This document shows, one piece after another, positions 57,168 through 64,000 of a stretch of 64,000 nt of DNA. The first letter of the stretch is position 1. Each line of letters opens with the position of its first letter. Below the pieces are notes generated by a model, which saw only the letters and a list, made by a program, of their open reading frames with translations, was not told the DNA's origin and searched no databases. The position numbers were made by a program, and so were the translations under genes. Source of the DNA: an uncultured Actinomycetota bacterium (GTDB lineage Bacteria; Actinomycetota; Actinomycetes; Mycobacteriales; SCTD01); NCBI GenBank assembly GCA_963844295.1, contig CAWJNR010000002.1:875816-939815 (forward strand). The letters run 5' to 3'.

Positions 57168-57921
57168 CTAGAGGTCGAGGTCGGCGACGAGGGGGGCGTG
57201 GTCGGAGGCGCCCTTGCCCTTGCGGGCCTCGCGGTCGACCCAGGCGTCGCGCACCGGCACCGCGGGCGTCGCCAGCAGGTAGTCGATGCGCATGCCGAGG
57301 TTCTTGTGCATCATGCCGGCGCGGTAGTCCCAGTAGGTGAACGGCACGTCGCCCTTGCCGGGCCGCGCCTCGACGTCCACGAGCCCCCAGTCGAGCAGCT
57401 CCTGCACAGCAGCGCGCTCGGCCGGCGTGACGTGGGTGGAGCCGGTGAACACGCCGATGTCCCACACGTCGCGGTCGTGCAGCGCCACGTTGAGGTCGCC
57501 CATGACGACCAGCGGCTGCTCCGGCGAGAAGCCGTCGAGCCGCTCCCGCAGCGCGCGGAACCACGCCAGCTTGTAGTCGTAGTGCGGGTCGTCGAGCGCG
57601 CGGCCGTTCGGGACGTAGACCGAGGTGACGTGCAGCGGCCCGCACTGCGCGGACGTCAGCCTCGGCTCCGGGTGACCCTCGATGCTCCAGCGACACGTCG
57701 GACAGCCCCACCCGCGAGAGCACGGCGGTCCCGTTCCAGCGGCCGTCGCCCGAGTGCGCGACCTCGTACCCGAGCGCCTGGAGCGGGAGGTACGGGAAGG
57801 CGCCGTCGGCGCACTTGGTCTCCTGCAGCGCGACGACGTCCGGCGCGACCTCCTCCAGCCAGGGCAGCAGCCGGGGGAGGCGCGCGCCGACGCTGTTGAC
57901 GTTCCAGGTCGCGATCCGCAC
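57168..57921 (-). CDS. xthA: Exodeoxyribonuclease III (AP endonuclease), one frameshift near 57690 as sequenced
   Basis: MRIATWNVNSVGARLPRLLPWLEEVAPDVVALQETK. After the frame change: WSIEGHPEPRL ... VYVPNG ... VVMGDLNVALHDRDVW ... WDYRAG ... RIDYLL ... SDHAPLVADLDL. Confidence 0.87.
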
Positions 57922-57923
57922 GG

Positions 57924-58939
57924 TCAGCGGCTGTGGTGCTCGAAGTCGACGGAGGCGTACGCGCGCAGCTTGGTCAGGCGGTGCTGGGAGGTGACGCGGC
58001 GGATCGTGCCGGACTTCGAGCGCATGACCAGCGACTCGGTGGTCGCGCCGCCGCCGCGGTAGCGGACGCCGCGCACGAGCTCGCCGTCGGTGATGCCGGT
58101 CGCGACGAAGAAGACGTTGTCGCTGCGCACCAGGTCGTCGGTGCGACAGGACCGCGTCGAGGTCGAGGCCCGGCGGCAGCGGCGTTGGTGAACTCGCTCT
58201 TCTTCTGCGGCCACAGCTTGGCCTGGATCGTGCCGCCGAGGCACTTCACGGCGCAGGCGGTGATGATCCCCTCAGGGGTGCCGCCGATGCCGAGCAGCAG
58301 GTCGACGCCGGTGCCCTCGGAGCAGGCCATGACCGCGCCGGCGACGTCGCCGTCGGAGATGAACTTGATGCGGGCGCCGGCCTCGCGGACCTCGCGGACG
58401 AGGTCCTCGTGGCGGGGGCGGTCCAGGATGCAGACGGTGACGTCCTGCGCCGAGCCGCCCTTGGCCTTCGCGACGGCCTGGACGTTGTGCCGGGCGGGCG
58501 CGGTGATGTCGACGACGTCGGCCGCCTCGGCCCCGGTGACCAGCTTCTCCATGTAGAAGACCGAGCTGGGGTCGTACATCGTGCCGCGCTCGGCGACGGC
58601 CATGACGGCGATGGCGTTCGGCATGCCCTTGGCCATCAGCGTGGTGCCGTCGATGGGGTCGACGGCGACGTCGCACTCGGGGCCCTCGCCGCAGCCGACC
58701 TCCTCGCCGTTGAAGAGCATCGGCGCCTCGTCCTTCTCGCCCTCGCCGATGACGACGACGCCGCGCATCGAGACCGTGCTGATGAGCGAGCGCATCGCGT
58801 CGACGGCCGCGCCGTCGCCGCCGAGCTTGTCGCCGCGGCCGACCCAGCGGCCGGCGGCCATGGCGGCGGCCTCGGTCACCCGCACCAGCTCCATCGCGAG
58901 GTTGCGGTCGGGGGCCTCGGGCGTGTGCGGGGAGCTCAT
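57924..58939 (-). CDS. glpX: Class II fructose-1,6-bisphosphatase GlpX, two closely spaced frameshifts near 58140-58180 as sequenced
   Basis: [25 protein letters not shown] ... [13 protein letters not shown] ... [10 protein letters not shown] ... [23 protein letters not shown]. The C-terminus is in another frame: [26 protein letters not shown] ... SKSGTIR. Confidence 0.9.
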
Positions 58940-59001
58940 GCGCCGGACCCTATCGGGGCGTTGCGCCCAGGGTGCGGGCCCGCGGTGGCAGAGTGGGCGC
59001 G

Positions 59002-59615
59002 GTGCGCCGCGACTACGACCCTGCCGAGCTCGGCGCGCGCCGTCTACCCGCTGCTCAACAGCGTCGTCGTCCCGCGGCCGATCGCCTGGGTGTCCACCCG
59101 CTCCGCCGACGGGCGTCGACAACCTCGCGCCGCACTCGTTCTTCACCATCTCCTCGGTGCAGCCGCCGGTCGTGCAGTTCACCTCCGTCGGCGCCAAGGA
59201 CTCGCTGCGCAACGCGCAGGCGACCGGGGAGTTCGTCGTCAGCACCTGCCCGCGAGGAGCTGATCGAGCAGGTCAACCTCACCGGCACGGACTTCCCGGC
59301 CGACGTGAGCGAGTTCGACGCCGTCGGCCTCGAGCGCGAGCCGAGCCGCCTCGTCGCGCCGCCGCGGGTCGCGGAGTCGCCGGTCGCGCTGGAGTGCCGC
59401 CTGGTCGGGACGAAGGACTTCGGCGGCGACTCGACGGTCGTCTTCGGCGAGGTGGTCTGGATCGCCGTCGACGAGCGGGTGCTCCGGGACGACCGGCCCG
59501 CGATCGACCTGCTCGAGCCGGTCGCCCGGCTCGGCGCCGACCGAGTGGAGCGACGATCGGCCGCATCAGCGAGCGCCGGCGCGTGCCCTGGGCCGAGCTG
59601 CAGGCGGGCCGTTGA
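59002..59615 (+). pseudogene. Flavin reductase family protein (FMN-binding split barrel), about 4 frameshifts as sequenced
   Basis: Segments lie in alternating frames. In order: [13 protein letters not shown]; [25 protein letters not shown]; [26 protein letters not shown]; [16 protein letters not shown] ... SPVALECRLVG ... VVFGEVVWIAV; and IGRISERRRVPW. Confidence 0.75.
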
Positions 59616-60243
59616 CCTCCACCCAGACGGGCGCCCCGCTCGCGGGTCGCCGGCCGCGCCGCCACCACGCGCTCGTCGCTGCTGGCCTCGGCCCGCGCGG
59701 TCTTCACCGCGTCCGGCTTCGCGGAGGCCTCCATCGCCGAGGTCGTGGCGCGGTGCGGGCGCCAGCGTCGGCAGCCTCTACCACCACTTCGGCGGCAAGG
59801 CCGAGCTCTACCTGGCGCTGTTCGAGGACTACCAGCAGCGCCAGGAGGCGCGCGCCGCCGCGGCCGTGCGGGCGGCGCGCGCCGCGGCGAGGCCGACCCG
59901 GTGGCGCTGTTCGTCGCCGGCTCGCGGGCCTACCTCGACGGCTGCTGGGCCGAGCGCGACCTCGCCCGGCTGTTCCTGGCCGGCGGCGGGCCGCCCGGCT
60001 TCGAGCTCGTCGCCCGGCGGCGCTACCGCGAGTGGACCCGGCGCAACGCGACGCTGCTGGCGTCCGGGCCCGACGACGCCGAGCCGTGGGGCGACGCGCT
60101 CGTGCTGGTGCTGACGACCGTGGTGAGCGAGGCCGGCCACGAGGTCGCGGTGTGCGAGGACGAGGACGTCCGCCGGCCGCCTGGCCGGCGACGTGCTGGA
60201 GCTGATCAGCCGGATCGGACGCCCCGGAGGGCAGAGCGCATGA
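59612..60243 (+). pseudogene. TetR/AcrR family regulator, about 4 frameshifts as sequenced
   Basis: The HTH region is split between frames (RSSLLASARAVFTASGFAEASIAEVVARCG, then ASVGSLYHHFGGKAELYLALFEDY). The ligand domain follows (ADPVALFVAGSRAYLDGCWAERDLARLFL ...). The tail is LAGDVLELISRIG. Confidence 0.7.
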
Positions 60244-60845
60244 ACCTGTTCGAGGACGAGCCCGAGCGCAGCGTCCGCGAGCGGCGCCGACTGGGAGCAC
60301 CACCGCCGCGCACCGCAGTCCCCAGAGCGGACCGCCGCAGGACGAGGTCGGCGTGCTGGCGCTGTCGTCGTTCCTGCTGGCCCGCAGCCAGGAGGTCGTC
60401 GTCGCCGTCCGCGGGGTCACGGCCTACTCCGACGGGCTGCACCTCGAGGTGGTCGTGCTGTTCGCCGACGAGCAGCGCGGTCGAGGACCTCGCCTACGTC
60501 GATGCACGACTTCAGCCGCAGCCCCGGGCGCTTCCGCTTCGGCTGCATCGGCAGCCGACGGCCGCCCGGCCACCAGCGGGCACCCGCGACGCCCGGCGGT
60601 CGAGGCCGGCGGGGAGGGTGAGCCGCGGCTGGTGCTGCTGCGCTCGACCACGTCGGCCCTGACCTGGACCGGCCACTACTGGCTGCACCCGCTGCCGCCG
60701 CCCGGTCCGCTGGTGCTCGGCTGCCGCTGGCCCGACCGGGGCATCCCCGAGACCCTCGTCGAGGTCGACACGGCGCCGCTGCTCGAGGCCGCCGCCGGCT
60801 CCGACCGCGGTCTGGGGCGAGCCCACGGGCGTGCTCAAGCCGTGA
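60240..60845 (+). pseudogene. Hypothetical protein (uncharacterised actinobacterial family), about 4 frameshifts as sequenced
   Basis: MNLFEDEPERSVRERRRLG, then GVLALSSFLLARSQEVVVAVRGVTAYSDGLHLEVVVLFADEQRG. A middle segment is in another frame (HDFSRSPGRFRFG). Then EPRLVLLRSTTSALTWTGHYWLHPLPPPGPLVLGCRWPDRGIPETLVEVD. Confidence 0.5.
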
Positions 60846-62005
60846 CGAGCGCGCACGACGACCTGCTCGAGCGGCGCGCCGACTACCCGGTGCTCGCCGA
60901 CGAAGACCTACCTGGCCAGCCACACCCTCGGGGCGATGCACCGCGCGCACCCCCGAGCGGCTGGCGGAGTTCGCCGCAGCTGTGGGCCGAGCAGGGCGTC
61001 GTCGCGTGGGAGACCTGGGCGCCGACGGTCGAGCGCGTGGCGGACCTCGTCGGCTCGCTGGTCGGCGCGCCCCCCGGCACGACGGTGATGCGGCAGAACG
61101 TCGCCGACCTGCTCGGCGACCTGGTCGACCTGCTTCGACTGGCACGGCCCGCGCAACCGCGTCGTGACCAGCGCGCTGGAGTGGCCGGGCAGCCTGCACA
61201 CCTGGTCGCAGATCGGACGCCTCGGCGGCGAGGCGGTCGTCGTCCCGGGGGAGCCGGACGGCATCTGCTTCGACGTGCAGCGGATGGTCGACGCGATCGA
61301 CGAGCGCACCCTGCTGGTCGAGTGCAGCCACGTGCTCTTCCGCACCTCGACCGTCGTCGACCTGGCGCCGGTCGTCGAGAAGGCCCACGCCGTCGGCGCT
61401 CTCGTCGTCGTCGACGGCTACCAGGCAGCCGGCACGCTGCCGGTCGACGTCGTCGCCCTCGGCGTCGACGTCTACCTCGGCGGCTCGGTGAAGTACCTCT
61501 CCGGCGGCCCCGGCAACGGCTGGATGCACGTCAGCCCCGACGTCGTGCGACCGGCTCGAGCCGGTGACGCCGGGCTGGTTCGGCCAGGCGTCGCCGTTCG
61601 CGTTCGACCCCGAGATCGCCTACGCCACCGGCATCCGCCGCTTCGCCGGGGGCACTCCTGGCGTCCCGGCCGCGTACGCCGCCGAGCCCGCGTACGCCGC
61701 CCTCGCCGACATCGGCATGACCGCGGGTCCGCGAGCGCTCGCAGTCGATGACGCAGCCGCTGCTGGAGGCGGCGCTCGAGCGCGGCTTCACCGTCCGGTC
61801 GCCGCACGACCCGGCGCAGCGCGGCGGGCACGTCACCATCGACCCGGGCGACGCCGACCGCGTGCACGACGAGCTGATCGCCCGCGGGATCGTCGTCGAC
61901 CACCGGCCGGGCGTCGGCATCCGCGTCTCGCCGCACTTCTACAACACCCTCGACGAGGCGCTGGGCGTCCTCGACGCGATGGCTGAGGTGCTGGCGGCGC
62001 GCTGA
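60842..62005 (+). pseudogene. kynU: Kynureninase-like class V PLP-dependent enzyme, about 6 frameshifts as sequenced
   Basis: First pieces: ADYPVLADE / TYLASHTLGAMH / ERLAEFAA / WAEQGVVAWETW ... / VVTSALEWPGSLHTW. These continue to FRTSTVVDL ... DVYLGGSVKYLSGGPGNGWMHV (PLP Lys context). Later pieces: LEPVTPGWFGQASPFAF ... GIRRFAGGTP / MTQPLLEAALERGFTVRSP ... GGHVTI ... IRVSPHFYNT. Confidence 0.7.
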
Positions 62006-62022
62006 GCAGCGACACTGGAGGG

Positions 62023-62581
62023 GTGAGCACGCAGGTCGCCGAGCCGGAGACGCCCAGGAAGAAGCGCGGCCGCGAGACGGCCGCCGACATGGTGCGGTCG
62101 CTCGGGCTCGTCGTGCTGGTGATCGTGCCGGTGTGGTTCTTCGCCAAGGCGCCGGCCAGCGACGAGGCCGACATCCGCGTGGTCGACCCGACGGGGCCGA
62201 TCGCCGCGTTCGCGACCGACGTGCCGCAGGCCCCGGTGCCGCAGGGCCTGCCGGAGCAGTGGCGGGCGACGTCGGCGACCTACGCCGGCGGCGACCGCAC
62301 CCTGCGGGTCGGCTGCGTCACGCCCGAGGAGCAGTACGCGGAGTACGCCGCGTCGACCGGCGCCGCGCCAGGAGTTCGTCGAGGCGGCCGTGGGCGAGGG
62401 CGCGGAACCCGCGGAACCGGTCACGGTGGACGGCGTCGACTGGGAGCAGCGCGTCGAGGCCGACGGCTCCCGCTCGTTCATCTCGTCGTACGGCCCGGTC
62501 ACCGTCGTGGTCGGGACGACCCGCGCGACCGCGGGCCTCGAGGAGCTACGCGTCCTGCTGGGCAGCCTGGCCGTCGGCTAG
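62023..62581 (+). CDS. DUF4245 domain-containing protein, one frameshift near 62360
   Basis: N-terminal basic region plus TM (GRETAADMVRSLGLVVLVIVPVWFF). Then LPEQWRATSA ... EEQYAEYAAS. The C-terminus is in the frame of ORF 62390..62581 (VTVDGVDWEQRV ... TVVVGT). It sits in the conserved position near glpX. Confidence 0.65.
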
Positions 62582-62770
62582 GACCGCGTCGAGGCGGGCC
62601 TTCGCCCCGTCGAGCCAGGACTGGCAGACACCGGCGAGCTGCTCGCCGCGCTCCCACAGGGCCAGCGACTGCTCGAGCGTGACCCCGCCCTGCTCGAGCT
62701 GTCGGACGACCTCGGCCAGCTCGTCGCGCGCCTGCTCGTACGTCGGTCGGGCGCTGGGAGACTCGCTCAT
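62546..62770 (-). CDS. xseB: Exodeoxyribonuclease VII small subunit
   Basis: PTYEQARDELAEVVRQLEQGGVTLEQSLALWERGEQLAGVCQSWLDGAKARLD. Confidence 0.87.
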   Translation of the reverse strand: MSESPSARPTYEQARDELAEVVRQLEQGGVTLEQSLALWERGEQLAGVCQSWLDGAKARLDAVLADGQAAQQDA

Positions 62771-63273
62771 GTGACGAACCTACGGCGCGCGCACCCCGGC
62801 GACGCCGCGGAGCTCACCCGGCTCCGCGGGCTCATGGTGGCGGCGATGGGCGGCGACCCGGCCGTGCCCGGCTGGGCGGCGGCCTGCGAGGCCGCCTTCG
62901 CCCGGCGGCTGGCCGAGCCGGACCGCTTCGCCGCCTGGCTGGTGGAGGTGGACGGCCGCGGCGGTCTCGAGCGGCGTCGGCTGGCTCGAGGAGCACCTGC
63001 CCGCGCCCGGCACGCCCGACGGCCGGCGCGGGCACGTCGCGTCGATGTCGACCGAGCCGGCGCACCAGCGGGCCGGGCACGCCCGGGCGGTGCTCACCGC
63101 GCTGATGGGCTGGTTCGCCTCGCTCGAGGTGCCGCGGGTCGACCTGCGGCGCCACCGAGCCGGGCCGGCCGCTGTACGAGGACCTGGGCTTCCGGGTGCT
63201 CGGTGGCGCGACGATGGCGTGGACGGCAGCGGGCACGCCCGGGCCGGGGCTGGGGTTCGCCACTCCGCCGTGA
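62771..63273 (+). pseudogene. GNAT family N-acetyltransferase, 2-3 frameshifts as sequenced
   Basis: [25 protein letters not shown] ... [11 protein letters not shown]. Then [17 protein letters not shown] ... [29 protein letters not shown]. Then [20 protein letters not shown]. Together these form the acetyl-CoA-binding Q/RxxGxA-type core. Confidence 0.7.
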
Positions 63274-63274
63274 G

Positions 63275-64000
63275 CTACTCGGCGGTGACGAACAGGACGC
63301 CGGCGGCCAGGCGGACCTGCAGGTCGGTCCCGGGCTCGACGGCGTCGGCATCGCGCACGACCGCGCCGTCCTCGTCCTGCACGACGGCGTAGCCGCGGTC
63401 CAGCGTCGCCTGCGGGCTCAGCGCCAGGACACGGGCGCGTACGTGCTCGAGGTCGTCGGCGGCCCGGTGCAGCGCGGCAGAGGTGCAGCGGCGGCTGCGG
63501 GCCAGCAGCGACTGGAGGTCCTCGCGCCGCCGGTCGACGAGCACGTGCGGGTCGGCGAGCACGGGGCGGCTGCGCAGGGCCGCGACGCGGGCGGACTCGC
63601 GTGGCGACCAGGTGCGTGACGACGCGGCGGGCGCGGTCGCGGGCCTGGCGCACCCGCTGCGCCTCCTCGCGGACGTCGGGCACGACGCGCTTGCCGGCGT
63701 CGGTCGGGGTGGAGCAGCGGACGTCGGCGACGAGGTCGACCAGCGGGCTGTCGGGCTCGTGCCCGATCGCGCTCACGACCGGCGTGCGGCAGCGCGCGAC
63801 GGCTCGGCACAGCGCCTCGTCGCTGAACGGCAGCAGGTCCTCGACGCTCCCGCCGCCGCGCGCGAGCACGATGACGTCGACCTCGGGGGCCGCGTCGAGC
63901 GACTGCAGCGCGCCGATGACCTGCTCGACGGCGAGGTGGCCCTGGACCGCGACCTCGCGCACGTCGAAGCGCACCGCCGGCCAGCGCCGCTGGGCGTTCT
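63275..64000 (-). CDS. xseA: Exodeoxyribonuclease VII large subunit, 3' portion (5' end outside window), frameshift near 63600
   Basis: [62 protein letters not shown]. After the frame change: [25 protein letters not shown] ... [15 protein letters not shown]. Confidence 0.87.

Overview
Very high-GC actinobacterial chromosomal segment. I call about 65 protein-coding genes and one tRNA. I see no rRNA, CRISPR array, transposase or integrase. The backbone follows the conserved actinobacterial (Mycobacterium-like) core order: mfd, mazG, eno, ftsB-like, DUF501, ppx ... thiolase, SGNH lipase, cbs, metB ... greA, DUF4307, mca, DUF255 thioredoxin-like, hemolysin III, Z-prenyl synthase ... phoH2, fumC, glpX, DUF4245, xseB/xseA.

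Non-core content sits on that backbone:
- (1) A roughly 4.6-kb insert between cbs and metB. It carries a xanthorhodopsin/actinorhodopsin-type DTE proton-pump opsin, a divergent Blh beta-carotene dioxygenase, a lycopene-cyclase-domain gene, an NAD-epimerase and a TetR regulator.
- (2) A translationally coupled four-gene operon (ChlI/MoxR-like AAA ATPase, two tiny membrane proteins, a VWA protein), divergent from a FIST sensor gene.
- (3) A family of roughly 50-nt hairpin repeats (TTGCGTCCTGC ... GCAGGACGCAA). Five copies bracket a DUF559 endonuclease-fold gene and a sixth lies 30 kb away.
- (4) A secreted caspase-like lipoprotein, and an alpha/beta-hydrolase fused to three CWB2 cell-wall-binding repeats.
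- (5) A GtrA-GT2-DUF2304-DUF2142 glycan cassette.
- (6) A tRNA-Leu(UAA) (bldA-type) next to an HNH endonuclease.

The sequence as given contains many reading-frame breaks, roughly 45 by manual frame tracing. They are strongly clustered at 40.8-42.4 kb and 58.1-63.7 kb and hit housekeeping genes (fumC, glpX, xseA), so indel errors in the assembly are the leading explanation.

CDS coordinates are derived from the supplied ORF track. Small hand-placed features (hairpins, tRNA, repeats) may be off by 1-2 nt.
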